A stretch of DNA of 63,181 bases, the filler included, from Octopus bimaculoides (lineage: Eukaryota): the NCBI RefSeq assembly GCF_001194135.2. It is 5 parts of 5 records of this genome, joined end to end, with 100 filler letters (N's around TTAATTAATTAA, not from the genome) between each part and the next. Parts side by side here need not be neighbours in the genome. Positions count along the whole stretch, not along the records: positions 1 to 25,750 come from NC_069001.1; 4 more parts are not named here. The stretch is one strand, 5' to 3'. The notes below the pieces were generated by a model, which made no database searches, was not told the DNA's origin, and saw only the letters and a list, made by a program, of their open reading frames with translations. The position numbers were made by a program, and so were the translations under genes. Positions 1-13,475 of this stretch are shown piece after piece (within the stretch, counting starts at the first letter, position 1; each line of letters opens with the position of its first letter).

Positions 1-172
1 CCGATTCTGGTGTGCTTACGTCCCTGTAACTTAGCAGTTCGGCAAAAGAGACGCGATAGAATAAGTACTAGGCTTACAAAGAATAAGTCCTGGGGGTCGA
101 TTTGCTTGACTAAAGGCGGTGCTCCAGCATGGCCGCAGTCAAATTACTGACACAAGTAAAAGAGTAAAGAAT
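1..172 (+). mobile_element. 3' half of tRNA-derived SINE family A (octopus OR-type/CORE-SINE-like), cut by window edge
   Basis: gtaacttagcagttcggcaaaagagac...ggcggtgctccagcatggccgcagtcaaa...caagtaaaagagtaaaga tail, shared with copies at 3284, 48595 and 61908. Confidence 0.85.
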
Positions 173-682
173 ATACGTATGTATGTATGTATGTATGTAT
201 TATATATGCATGCATGTATGTATAGTTTGTCATGGTAGACACAGCAATCAATTATTTTTTGCACATTGCACTTCACCGTTTTGAGATACGAGGCTTACAC
301 AACGGAACAATGTAATCCTGTTACACCACTACCAGAGAGAAGACAATCATTTCTGGAATACCTTTAGTCAGTCTAGATGTACCTGTAAGGACTAACCTGA
401 AATTTGATAACAACATGAATCTTTATGCTTTATTTTATTTTCTATACAAGTGGTGAGCAACAGCTCTGTTGGTTACAGAACATTTTAAATTTGAAAGCGA
501 TAGGTTTCATTTTTCGCTGATGTTCACATCTCTCGGTTATTTGCATTGACAAAACACACACATTCTATTCTTACACAGAAAATTAAATACGAATGGTATG
601 TCTCACAGTTCGTTGACCACTCATCAGAGGATAAGTATACTCTCATTCGTCTATCCCCAAGAAAAATTACAGTAATGTGCTA

Positions 683-770
683 TTTAAATAGTTAAGCTAC
701 AGTTAACAGGCTTAAAATTGAAATGAATACATCAGTTTAAAGCCTGCTAACTGTAGCTTAACTATTTAAA
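683..770. repeat. near-perfect inverted repeat / hairpin
   Basis: 683-713 tttaaatagttaagctacagttaacaggctt pairs with 740-770 aagcctgctaactgtagcttaactatttaaa with 1 mismatch; stem extends further to a ~12-nt loop. Confidence 0.9.
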
Positions 771-1583
771 CTGAAGTGAAGACATTATGTTATACATTTC
801 ATGCAACCTGCTTCCGCACGGTATCTGTCGAGCGAATTTCAATCATAAGGCCTTGATTCACTCAAAACTACGGTCGATAGGTACCACACAAGGCGAATGA
901 ACCAATATCTACGTACTTTCGGAGGAAACATCTTAACCACACAGTCACTCATTAGTTTAATACAAACATTTTTTATCGATCGATACTGATGTCCGGGACG
1001 TTATCTCCTCTGTTGTTATTAGCAGCTGGTTCTCTGGTTGGTAAGGGTGTGGAGCTGGCAGAATCGTTAAATTGTCGGAAAAAATTGCTCTACAGCATTT
1101 GCTCCGGCCCTTTACTTACTAAGTTCAAATCCACAAAGGTGCAAAAATAATTTTTCTTGAGAAGCAGCTATCCTCGAAAGCTGTATTTTAATAAAGAGTC
1201 ACGCTGTTAATTGAATTGTTGGAGCTGATAAGAGAGTGGATGGAATTTCCTATACTCGACGCAGTTTGACAATAACCATTATATCTCCGGCTAGACGGAA
1301 TCCAAGCCACACGATAGTGATAATAAACCCTGTAGACCTAATTGCCATTTTAAAGCTTTATATAACGTAAGCGTGTTTTATACTATTTTTGTTGATAATG
1401 CCGAGGAAATAAGTCGATTCTGATAGAGCCAATGAGCTTATGTAATAACAACAATCGGTTTAAAGAAGCATGTATATGTATATAAAGCTTAACATTACCA
1501 ATTACATTTTCCACATTTATTATTACCATGCATATACATACATACATATATATATACATACAAACAAACCCTCTCCCCATATA

Positions 1584-1624
<41 letters not shown>

Positions 1625-1809
1625 TAAAGCTTGAACAAGCTGACCAATGAACAAAAGCATTCCATCTGTGATCATCCCTTCTTTTTCGCACACAAATTCT
1701 GTATGTAAACTACAATATGCAATATATCTTTTATTTCCTAAGATGTTAAGGGTGTGTGATATGAGGGAGATTTGATTGCTATTTCTAACAGGTCCAATAA
1801 CCACGCAGA

Positions 1810-2290
1810 ATCTCCTTCACAGCAAAAGGAAGCCATTACTGTCGAAAATTTTCTGACATCTGTCACTGTGGAGTTCCTTGTCTATCAACACCACGATTAA
1901 GTCTGACGTCATCTATAAATATAATGGCTTTCGATAATATTATCTTGGCTTATCTGACTTCACCTCCTCACAGACATTCGCAACATCAAGGATATAAGAT
2001 TTGATTGACAAGCGTGACGTTCCGAGAGCATTGTGATGTCTTGGGATCAAAGAACTCACAAGAAGAAAAATATTTCCATTCAAATAAGTAAACGGGATCT
2101 ATATTTGATGTGGCATTGACTGAGATGAGCAGTCCAGCCATTTTGTCACCAGTTCTTAAATGACATTCTGTACCAGCAGACGACATCTACTGATAACATA
2201 TTCATAATCTCTGTTTAACCATGCATCAGGAATGTTGGATTTTGTCTTATCTACAATCCAAAGACCTGGACAGAGACAGAAAAGCTAAAT
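1810..2290 (-). mobile_element. possible very decayed L1/Tx1-like ORF2 C-terminal relic
   Basis: broken minus-strand frames (..NIDPVYL.., ILDVANV.., DLIVVL..DR) loosely resemble Tx1 ORF2 C-termini; many stops. Confidence 0.25.
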
Positions 2291-2461
2291 CTTATACAAA
2301 TCTCTCTTGGGATTATAGGTAGCAGTGATTCTTTCGCTACCAGCAATAGAGGATGTTATATCGTCTGATTTATCGAATAGCTCATTCCGCCGTGTAAACA
2401 ACAGCATTTGATTAAACACGAGTTTTCTTTAACTATCGATTGATACTTTATGTGTTTGCTC

Positions 2462-2640
2462 AATCTGCTTGAAATAGCAACTAAATATTCACATATCGCA
2501 CCTTATTATCTCACAAAATAAATCTGCTTGAAATAGCGACCAAATATTCACATACCGTACCCCATTGTCTAACAAAATAAATCTGCTAGAAATAGCAGCC
2601 AAATATTTCTCATATCATACCCTACTGTCAAACAAAATGA
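2462..2640 (+). repeat. three tandem diverged copies of a 59-bp unit
   Basis: atctgct(t/a)gaaatagc..c/taaatatt recurs with 59-bp period. Confidence 0.85.
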
Positions 2641-3283
2641 AAGGGTATTATTAGATAATATAATTCTATAATACTGCAAGTTAGAAAGGACACTGCTGCA
2701 GGGTCTCTTATCTTGTTGGCTACATGGTCAGAGATGACCAAAGATTAAACAACAATAACAACCGAGATAACAATTACAACTAAATATTAAATGAACCAGC
2801 GATGAAGCGTCTATGTGGTCGTTTGAAATAGCAGCTAGCTAGCAGATCACCTTAGCCTACTATCTCAGCAAAATGGAGAACATGTTGGATAATGTAGTTA
2901 TTGATATTCGCGTTGCAAGGGAACATGAATTAAAGACCTTTAATTTGATATTTGCTTGATCAGGATTGAACTGAATGGTGACCAACAATAACAATCAGCA
3001 TACACACACACACGTTGATACTCACACGTACACGCACATTCACACATACGCGCGGACATACACACGTGCAAACACAGGTACAAACATACATGTAATATAT
3101 ATTCGTGATACTTGTAAAAACAAAAGTATGCCTTATATGGGGGCAAGTTCAGAAACTTGGGGCGAAAACAGACACCCGGTATATGACATCCGGTACTTGA
3201 CCGAAATGTTATGTTATCGATGTCCAGAAGAAGCGAAAACCAAATCAACATCTGTGGAATCAGAACTCAGAACATAAGGGTTA

Positions 3284-3722
3284 GGCGCAGGCGTGGCTCT
3301 GTGGTAAGAAGTTTGCTTCCAAACCACATGGTTTGGGGTTCAATTGCAGTGCGTGGCAAGCGGAGCAAGTGTCTTCTGTAGGTGGACACAAGCCTTGTGA
3401 GTGGATTTGGTAGATGAAAACTCAAAGAAGCCCATTGTGTGTGTTTGCACCTCTGTGTGTGCACCTGAGTGTATTTGTGCGTATGCATGTATGTGTGTGT
3501 GTGTGTGTGTGTATCGTTGTGTTTGTCAACCACCACCACATGATGACTGACGTCGGTGTGTTTACGTCCCTGTAACTTAGCGGTTCAGCAAAAGAAATCT
3601 CTAAAATAAGTTCCCAACCTATACAAAAACAAAAATTTACTGGGGTCGATTCATTCAAGTAAAAATCCTTCGAGACGGTGCTGCAGCACGGTCGTAGTCT
3701 AATAATTGAAACAAGTAAAAGA
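3284..3722 (+). mobile_element. SINE family A, near full length with internal (TG)n
   Basis: tRNA-like head ggcgcaggcgtggctctgtggtaag (A box) and ggttcaattgc (B-box-like), gcaagtgtcttct core, family tail. Confidence 0.85.
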
Positions 3723-4079
3723 TTTTTTTTTAAATGCTACAAGATAACAAAATGATTTTGTCTGAGACTATTATTTCTACCAATCGATCATCTTGACATA
3801 AGTAATCACTTCTTACATCGACAGTGATTTTTCAACTTAGAGAACACCATAGGTTTTGGGGGATGGAGTAGAGGAGGAGTGGGAGAAGGAGTCATAGTTT
3901 ATTATTAAAATCGTTGTTTCCTAGGGCGAGATGTAAATGGAACCATTAGAGTTGCGGACGAACCATCTTAGTTTATTTGGTCCAGCTTTTTACGTTCTGA
4001 TTTGAAATCACGCCTTCGTTAATTTTGTGAGGCTAACCCCACTCCATTTATATTCCGGAACCCTGCCCATCTGTTACCA

Positions 4080-4490
4080 TTTGTTCTTTTATTTGCTTCA
4101 GTCGCTGGACTGCGGCCGTGCTGGAGCACCACCTTAAAGGATTCCAGTCAAACGAATTTCCACCAGTAACTATGTTTATTTGATGTGTGGCGCTTATTAT
4201 ATCGGCTTCTCTTTATTGCCGAACGGTTGAGTTACACGAACGTAAACAAACGAACACCGGTTTTCAAGTGCTGGTGGGGGGACAACTCGTTTCAGTCATT
4301 AGACTGCGACCGTGCTGGAGCACAGTCTCGAAGAATTTTTAGTTTAATGAATCGACCCCAGTACATTTTTGTTCTTGCATAGGCTGGTACTTATTTTATC
4401 GATTCCTTTTGCTGAACCGCTAAGTTACAGTGATGTAAACACACCGACGTCGGTCGTCAAGTGGTGGTGGTGGACAAATACAGATATAAC

Positions 4491-4520
<30 letters not shown>
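4080..4520 (-). mobile_element. SINE family A 3' fragments
   Basis: reverse-complement tail motifs gactgcggccgtgctggagcacc and gctgaaccgctaagttac. Confidence 0.7.
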
Positions 4521-4526
<6 letters not shown>

Positions 4527-5998
4527 TACATACATACGTAAATGCATACGCACAAAACCTTAGACACACATACACACGCACATTACTTTAAGTTCTTTAC
4601 GGTTTAAGCTCAAATTTTTTAATGCAATTCCTAATAATAATTAATTCTAAAAAATATAATCAAATTTTTTGAACATTAAATGGCTATGAGGATCCTTCTG
4701 AATAAAACGGGATCCAAAAGGGATCCCTAGGTAAAAAAAAAAAAAATTGGTTAAGAACAACTGGTCTACTGGATCAGGACTGACTCTGTATTTGAAATTC
4801 AATAGCAATAGCATAATCACCATCACCATCATCAACAACAAAAGAACACTACATTTCTAACAGGTTTGCTATTGTGAGACGAATAAACAAATAAAGAAAC
4901 GACTAAATTCTATACATACTCCAGTAATCACTGAGGTTACACCGCTTCTATGATAATAGAACATTGTAGGAATTTTCGAGGCCGGATTATAGCGATAACG
5001 CAGTTACAAAATTAAAAAGTAAAAAAAAACCCAGCTGTTTTGTGGGAGATAGAGGCGGGGGATTAGGCAATGCTATTATTCATAAACAGTCATATCAATC
5101 AACTACAACAGTAACAGCAACAAACACACAACGATAATTTAAACTACAAAACAATTAATCCTATTTTATTTGTAATTTGCTCATTAACCTAAAATATTAG
5201 CAAAATTACTCTTCTGCAGAACAAAATGATGATGTAAAAAAAGAAAATAAAATACAAAAATACAAAACTAGAAATCTAAATTAGAAATTAAAAATTAAAT
5301 ATAATATAAATAAAGCTAAAAGCGCTTTCCATTTTAATTCCAAACCCACATTTTGAATTTATTTGAAATTATTATTATTATTGTTTTTGCTGCTGCTGTT
5401 GTTATTATTATTATTATTTTAAATGTAATGTTTGCTGATGTTTTAAAAATTCAAAATAATATATTCATTATTGTGGAAAACACATACACACACACACACA
5501 CATACATACACCTGCACATACACATATACACACGTAACTCGGTTGAGCGTTTCTTATTTGTTTTTGTTTCAGTTTTTTTTTGTCTTTTTTTGTTTTGGAG
5601 GGTTTTTTTTTTTATTTTTCGTTTTCATTTTCGATAGATTAGTTAGCTATCCCTTACATGTTCATTGTTTTGCCGAAGCCTCCCAAGTAGTTCTTATTTT
5701 TCTAAACGTTTTCTTTTTTTGTTTGCCTTTCTTTCTTCCATTTAAATAACATTTCCCATCATCATCTATATTTTGCATTGTATTTTGAAAAATTCTTCTG
5801 AAAAGCGAACATAATTCGGTTTTAATGTTTGAATGGGTTTTTACGATTCACTGACCCATTAAATGCCAACATCATTTTTTTTTTCTTTTAATTTCTTCTG
5901 ACAGTCGACATGAAAATAAAATTGAATTAATAATCACTTTATTGTTGTTGGTCTTGTGCCTCAAGTTAAAAATCGTAATTATTATTATTATTATTATT

Positions 5999-6029
<31 letters not shown>

Positions 6030-6518
6030 CTGCTGCTGCTGCTGCTGTAATTATTATTGGTGGTCGTCGTTGTGAACGGCCACGTTTCACAGAGCTCCGC
6101 ATAGGTTGGGTGGGGTTTCCAGTATCACCCCAAAAGCTTCGAAATGTTTGAACAGTCTACTCCCATTTNNNNNNNNNNNNNNNNNNNNNNNNNNNNNNNN
6201 NNNNNNNNNNNNNNNNNNNNNNNNNNNNNNNNNNNNNNNNNNNNNNNNNNNNNNNNNNNNNNNNNNNNNNNNNNNNNNNNNNNNNNNNNNNNNNNNNNNN
6301 NNNNNNNNNNNNNNNNNNNNNNNNNNNNNNNNNNNNNNNNNNNNNNNNNNNNNNNNNNNNNNNNNNNNNNNNNNNNNNNNNNNNNNNNNNNNNNNNNNNN
6401 NNNNNNNNNNNNNNNNNNNNNNNNNNNNNNNNNNNNNNNNNNNNNNNNNNNNNNNNNNNNNNNNNNGCAAAATATTTTGCTTATAGTAAAAGTAACAATT
6501 TTTTTTTTTTATTATTCA

Positions 6519-6817
6519 CCCTTTTAAAGCCCAGCCAGGCTCATGGGCCCGGTTTCCCGGTTTCTATGGCGTATGTGTTCCCACCAGCTGGACGGAACGC
6601 CAGTCCATTGCAGCGTTACTCAAGAAACAGGAAGAAAGAGTGAGAGAAAGTTGGGGCGAAAGAATACAACAGGGGTCACCATCACCCCCTGCCAGAGCCT
6701 CGTGGAGCTTTTAGGTGTTTTCGCTCAATAAACACACATAACGCCCGGTCTGGGAATCGAAACTGCGATCCTCCGACCGCGTGTCCGCTGCCCTAACCAC
6801 TTGGCCATTGCACCTCC
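6519..6817 (-). mobile_element. tRNA-derived SINE, family C head joined to family D 3' end
   Basis: minus-strand head ggaggtgcaatggccaagtggttagggcagcggac..gtttcgattccc; tail shared with 44276 copy. Confidence 0.75.
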
Positions 6818-7886
6818 ACAAATAAATATATGATAGACCAACACCTTTAAGATTTGTAAGAGAATAATCTAAACGTACTACTGAGCGATGTGATCAAGCT
6901 ACAATAGAAAAAAAAAGCGATATGCAATCATTAAAACATAGCGGTTCGGCAAAAGTGTCCGCTAGAATAAGTATCTTCAAGTGAAACGTATTTTGTCGAC
7001 ATCAATAGTATGAAACGGAAAGTCGACCTCATTGGAACTCACGATATAAAGACGAGCGAAATGCTACAAAAAGCCCATCGTGTTTACGATTCAGCCAGCA
7101 CGCCACCTTGTTCTCTTCGTTAAATTAGAAATTAGTAACTGCTATGGGGTTTAGAGCAACATCCTTTCCTGTGTGATTATTTACGAATATATATATATAT
7201 ATATATATANNNNNNNNNNNNNNNNNNNNNNNNNNNNNNNNNNNNNNNNNNNNNNNNNNNNNNNNNNNNNNNNNNNNNNNNNNNNNNNNNNNNNNNNNNN
7301 NNNNNNNNNNNNNNNNNNNNNNNNNNNNNNNNNNNNNNNNNNNNNNNNNNNNNNNNNNNNNNNNNNNNNNNNNNNNNNNNNNNNNNNNNNNNNNNNNNNN
7401 NNNNNNNNNNNNNNNNNNNNNNNNNNNNNNNNNNNNNNNNNNNNNNNNNNNNNNNNNNNNNNNNNNNNNNNNNNNNNNNNNNNNNNNNNNNNNNNNNNNN
7501 NNNNNNNNNNNNNNNNNNNNNNNNNNNNNNNNNNNNNNNNNNNNNNNNNNNNNNNNNNNNNNNNNNNNNNNNNNNNNNNNNNNNNNNNNNNNNNNNNNNN
7601 NNNNNNNNNNNNNNNNNNNNNNNNNNNNNNNNNNNNNNNNNNNNNNNNNNNNNNNNNNNNNNNNNNNNNNNNNNNNNNNNNNNNNNNNNNNNNNNNNNNN
7701 NNNNNNNNNNNNNNNNNNNNNNNNNNNNNNNNNNNNNNNNNNNNNNNNNNNNNNNNNNNNNNNNNNNNNNNNATATATATATATATATATATATAGTTAT
7801 ACATATACATATGTATATATATCTTTATATATGTATGTATATATATTACAGTCGGTTCTAAATTGTGAATAACCTCCTTAATAATT

Positions 7887-7917
<31 letters not shown>

Positions 7918-8463
7918 TGTACATTTAAACACATAAATAAGAGGTATCCATCATAGGATTCCTCGTGTATATTTGTTTAATCTGGGTGTACCTGCTGAAG
8001 AAGACTTCACTTGGCAAATTATTTTATCTGCTAAAATAAGTCAGAAATCATGGTCCAGGGGCTAGTTAAATGCTTTTATTTTTCATCCCTTCGAAGTTTT
8101 ATCCTTAATAGTGGTTTGGAACTTAGCTGTTCTTTCTAGCGTGCAATGAATCCTATGATGGATATCTCTTGTGTGTTTAATTAATTTATATTAATAATAT
8201 ATAGTCTATGGACTAAAATTTTACACGCTAGGCCACTGGTAGTAGAAATTTCTAATATTTCTTAGACTCGTGTCAGGCAGGGTCGTCACTCTTTGAAGTA
8301 GTGAATAAATCGCTAACTACTACCTAATGCATTCATACATATATATAATTATTATCAAGGTTGGAGTGAGCAGTTCATTTTTTCATATAATTTTACAGTC
8401 GTTTCATTGACATTTATCAGAAGGGTATTTTTATATTATTATTAAATATGTTTAACAATACAT

Positions 8464-8590
8464 TGCATCGGTATCATCATGCTAATACCGCAAAATGATC
8501 AACTCCTCAGGTATTTGTATAAAATCTATTTGCAAATGAATTTTACACATAAACCTGAGGAGTTGATATTATTATGATTATACCGATGCA
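8464..8590. repeat. imperfect inverted repeat (MITE-like)
   Basis: tgcatcggtat/ataccgatgca (11 bp) and atcaactcctcaggt/acctgaggagttgat (15 bp) perfect pairs. Confidence 0.8.
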
Positions 8591-9299
8591 CTATATTGCT
8601 ACACATATTATGCAATAATTATATAGCAATACTCCTCTGGTAAAATATTGGTCAAAAGCTGCAAAATTATATAATGAAACGAATTATTGACTTCGTTCTC
8701 CATATTAATAATTATATAAATTCTCCAGATATTCACAGATTTTCTAATATATCATCAGTAATACTATTGATTTCTGTTTGTAATTTCATCTGATAGCCGA
8801 TGCCCGTGGACGAGCTTAGTAAAACACACTCCAAGGTTAAAACACGAATGAAATTGTTATCTATCTATATTTATGTGTGTGTACGTGTGTGTATGCATGT
8901 TTGTGTATATATATATATATATATACATATATATGTACTTGTGTGTGTATTTGCGGGTATGTGTATATGTGTAAGTATGTTTGTATGTATGTGCACCGGA
9001 TTTTTATTGACATGAAAAGTAAATAAATGCGTACACATACATACATACATACATACATACATCAATATATACATTAATTCGTATATGAATACACGTATAC
9101 CATCATAGCAACGGTGCACTTCCAAAGATGTATAAACAAAGTGGATGCACTAACATATAACAATATATACACACATATACATACAGAAAAGATATATAAA
9201 ACATACGTACATCACCACACATTAACGCATATATACTATGAGGCTACAAACACATACACAAGTACGTAGATAAATGGACAGACTTATTTATTGCTTAAC

Positions 9300-9760
9300 T
9301 TAACCAGTTTTGTTGTTTGTCGGTTTGTATTGTTTTTTATTGTTGCTGTCATTATTCTTGTTGTTATTTACTTTGTAATTATTTTTGTTTTTCTGTTTGT
9401 TATTTCTTTTAAAAATGCTAGTGACGACGACGGCGGCGAAGCTGATGACTATGTTGAGGATGGTCATTAAGCTAACGATGATGATCATGATGATGATGAT
9501 GATGATGATGACGGTGGTGGTGGCGGCGGCGATAGTGGTAGCGGCGACGGTGGTGGCGGGGGCAGTGGTGGCGTTGGTAGTTGTAGTGTTGATGATGATG
9601 ATGAAGAGGAGGGGAAGGTTAGGGGTCGTCGTCATGATGATGTCACAGATGATAATAACGGTAATGACACTCAACTCCATGACGATGATGACGATGACAA
9701 GGACGATGATGATGATGATGATGATGATGACGATGACAATGACAACACGATGATGACAAA
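9300..9760. repeat. cryptically simple trinucleotide region (GAT/GGT/GGC)
   Basis: (gat)n and (ggt/ggc)n runs. Confidence 0.85.
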
Positions 9761-9998
9761 TTCATTGATGCGTACAGATGTATATGATTATGATGTTAAC
9801 GATGGAAGTGGTATGGATTAAAAGGGAGGCGGGGCGGGTCATAATGGTGGTTGTGTTCCTTATAGGAGGTGGTGGCGGTGGGTAACAAGGTGGCTGTTGT
9901 TTGTGGCTTGTGTCACAATGTAAATCAACTCGGATATTTAAAAATCAAAGGCACGGAGCTATAGAATTTAAATCGAACACAGATCAAAGTGCATAGCG

Positions 9999-10051
<53 letters not shown>

Positions 10052-10412
10052 TATATGAATATAAATATATGTATGTGTGTGGTGTGTTTGTGCGTGAGTG
10101 TATGTGTGTGTGTGTGTATATATATATATATTTTTTTTTTTTTTATATAGTGTGTGTGTGTATGTGTGCGTGTGCGTATATGTGTGTGTGTTTGTGTGTG
10201 TACAAAATTAACGATTGAAATAACAAGAGGGAACAAAGTGTAATTATTAGTTTGGTGCTCAATGAGAGGTAAGAGAGTGGAAGAGTGTGTGTGTGTATGT
10301 GCGTGCGTGAGTGTGCATGAACATATATGTATGTATATATATCAACAATTTTCTTGGATCATATATCCATATAAATGTGTATGTGAGTGCGAATATGTAC
10401 GTTTTTTTATGC

Positions 10413-10449
<37 letters not shown>

Positions 10450-10581
10450 TATATAGAAAATATTTACGTCTTTTGTGTGTTAAGCACACACAAACATACA
10501 CACAGGCACACACGCACACTGATGATAGAGAGATAGACAGAGAGAGGCAGAGAAATGATGGATAGATCGTTTATATATATA

Positions 10582-10678
10582 GGCGCAGAAATGGCTGTGT
10601 GGTAAAGTTTGCCTCCCAACCAAATAGTTCCGGGTTCAGACCCAATGCGTGACACCTTGGGCAAGTGCTTTCTACTAT
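10582..10678 (+). mobile_element. SINE family A head running into gap
   Basis: ggcgcagaaatggctgtgtggtaa...ccgggttcaga...ccttgggcaagtg. Confidence 0.85.
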
Positions 10679-11612
10679 NNNNNNNNNNNNNNNNNNNNNN
10701 NNNNNNNNNNNNNNNNNNNNNNNNNNNNNNNNNNNNNNNNNNNNNNNNNNNNNNNNNNNNNNNNNNNNNNNNNNNNNNNNNNNNNNNNNNNNNNNNNNNN
10801 NNNNNNNNNNNNNNNNNNNNNNNNNNNNNNNNNNNNNNNNNNNNNNNNNNNNNNNNNNNNNNNNNNNNNNNNNNNNNNNNNNNNNNNNNNNNNNNNNNNN
10901 NNNNNNNNNNNNNNNNNNNNNNNNNNNNNNNNNNNNNNNNNNNNNNNNNNNNNNNNNNNNNNNNNNNNNNNNNNNNNNNNNNNNNNNNNNNNNNNNNNNN
11001 NNNNNNNNNNNNNNNNNNNNNNNNNNNNNNNNNNNNNNNNNNNNNNNNNNNNNNNNNNNNNNNNNNNNNNNNNNNNNNNNNNNNNNNNNNNNNNNNNNNN
11101 NNNNNNNNNNNNNNNNNNNNNNNNNNNNNNNNNNNNNNNNNNNNNNNNNNNNNNNNNNNNNNNNNNNNNNNNNNNNNNNNNNNNNNNNNNNTCAATAACA
11201 TTCTTGTTTAAGAATAATAAATTTGCACTCAACAAAAATATAGAGTAGCCCACCAGATTAATGTAAAATTCTTTTTATCATAACAGTACATAAAAACAAA
11301 CATTAACATCATACATATATATATGAGACTACTACTGAGACGCTTCCGAAAAAAGAAAAGCCGTTGGAAAACAGTTTATAACAGAGACTGCATCTAAGAA
11401 TATCTGAAGAAGGAATTGTATTCCGAAATATCATTGGACTATGGATAACTAAATTACAACAGGTATATAGTCCATTTTTTGTATTATAGTGCATTACTGT
11501 ACCATTCAAAACTTTTTATTCTTTATATATATATTACACATACATACATATATATATATTAATGTACAATAGCTGTGTATTATTCCCTCCAAAATACTTC
11601 TTACATTCTCTA

Positions 11613-11850
11613 ACACCACGTTTGTTCCATGCCATTCTTCAGTTGGTTTATTTATTGAACATTGATATTGTGTAATTAATTGGAACAATACTTCTCTCTT
11701 CAAAGAGAGAGACAGACAGACAGACAGACAGAGACAAAGAGAGAGAGAGAGAGAGAAAGAGATGTACATCGGGCAAAAGAATTTGCTCAAGTGATGATGC
11801 TCGACTTTGATATAAACAGAAATCAGAAGCCTGAAAAGCTGCTCTTCAAA
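11613..11850 (+). repeat. copy 1 of a diverged local duplication (copy 2 at 14366-14657)
   Basis: shared gttccatgccattcttcagtt..taattaattggaac and gcaaaagaattt..gtgatgat.ctcgactttgatataaacagaaa blocks around an AG-rich spacer. Confidence 0.85.
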
Positions 11851-12729
11851 AATATTCCTTATAAGAACAATAACAACTACTACTACTATTACAAAAACAA
11901 CAACAACAACAATAAAAATAATAATAACAGCAATAATAATAGTAGTAATAATAATAATAATAATAATAATGTAAATGTATAAATNNNNNNNNNNGAGGGG
12001 TGGGGGCGTTTCTTAAACTGTCGATGCCTTCTATTCGAACACTGTTTTCTTTGTTTTTCTTCTTGGTGTTGTTTTAGTTTTACCATTAAAACCACTACCA
12101 ATAAGAAGAAGACGAAAAAGAAGAAAAAGAAGAAAAAGAAGAAAAAAGAAGAAGCTTCATGAAGATGACGGTGATGATGGTGATGATTTCTCTAAGAATA
12201 ATAATACAATTACACTGATATTACTACTACACCTGCAACATATACTACTTCCACCACTACTACTACTATGTCCACTACTACTACTACTATGTTACTATGT
12301 CCACAAGTACTACTAACATTTCATTTTGTTTTTCTTATAGAGTTCCTTTTTTGTTTTCTTGTTTCTATTATTCGCTTCAATTATTTTTTTTCCTTTCTTC
12401 TCTTAATTTTCCTCCTCACACCCCCACCACATCCCTTTATTTCTCCTCTTGCCGCAACTCCGTCCGCGCTTCTTCATTATATTTCTCTTCCCCACCCCCG
12501 TCTCCCTCTTTCAATTGCTTTTGTAAGTTTCCCTATTCTTTATCCAAGATAATTTACTGTTTTTGTTTCTAAACAAACAATTAAGTTGTTGGATAAGAAT
12601 AACCTGGATCGGATCGGAGCAATTCAATGTTCTACAACAACAGTACAACCACCACAGCAAACAACAACAACAATTATTATTATTATTATTATTGTATAAA
12701 TTATTATTTTTATATTATTGTCACTACCA

Positions 12730-13045
12730 AGGTGGTGAGCTGGCAGAATCGTTAGAGCACTGGACCAAATGTTTAGCGGTATTTCACCCGTCGCTACGTT
12801 CTGAGTTCAAATTCTGACATGTAACAGTTTAAGGCGGCAAGCTGGAAGAAACGTTATCAAGCCGAGTAAAGTGCTTAACGGTATTTCGTCCGTCTTTACA
12901 TTCCGAGTTCAAATTCCACAGAGATCGACTTCACCTTTCATCCTTTCGGGGTCGATGAAATAAGTACCAGTTGAACACTGGATTCATGTAATCGACTTAT
13001 CCTCTCACCCAAATTTGCTGGCCGTGTGCCAAAATTTAAAACCAA
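12730..13045 (+). mobile_element. two SINE family B copies in tandem
   Basis: gagctggcagaatcgttag A-box-like; gagttcaaattc B box; cctttcatcctttcggggtcgat core. Confidence 0.8.
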
Positions 13046-13475
13046 TACTAATATACCAGTTGACTAAAAAGTTAGGGCTGTTCCTCTCTGGCAATTTCAA
13101 GCGTTTCAGATTTTATCATTAATATAGATTATTATGTTTGATTATTTTTCCATGCTTTCATTTAACAGAAATTTAGGTTCTTTGTAATGAAGCTCTGTGG
13201 TTTTTTAGGGTTACGTATGCTTCATGATAGGCTAGACACTGTACGTTCTTACCTAGATTTCGTCATTATTACTTTTGTTTCATTAGTATTGTCCTTACAT
13301 GTGAACGTATTAGCATTCTTATATTTGTGTGTGACATTATTTTAAGAGTGTAGCATATATCTCTCTCTGTAATTTACAGAAGCATTTGTCTTATCTGAAA
13401 ATTTTCTGATATGCAATAACTCATTATGGCAACATACAGTCTATGTTGAAAATTATATATCTGTTTAAATATTAC

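Noticed and set aside
4670-4765. Strong poly-T acceptor with short ORF on the minus strand
   Set aside because: Begins with cagttgttcttaacc, resembling a hAT-type MITE end; treated as a repeat fragment.
9420-9780. Asp/Gly-rich reading frame resembling acidic biomineralisation proteins
   Set aside because: Contains a stop, has no signal peptide or clear splice context, and is explained by GAT/GGT microsatellite turnover (similar tracts at 18720-18950 and 40500-40720).
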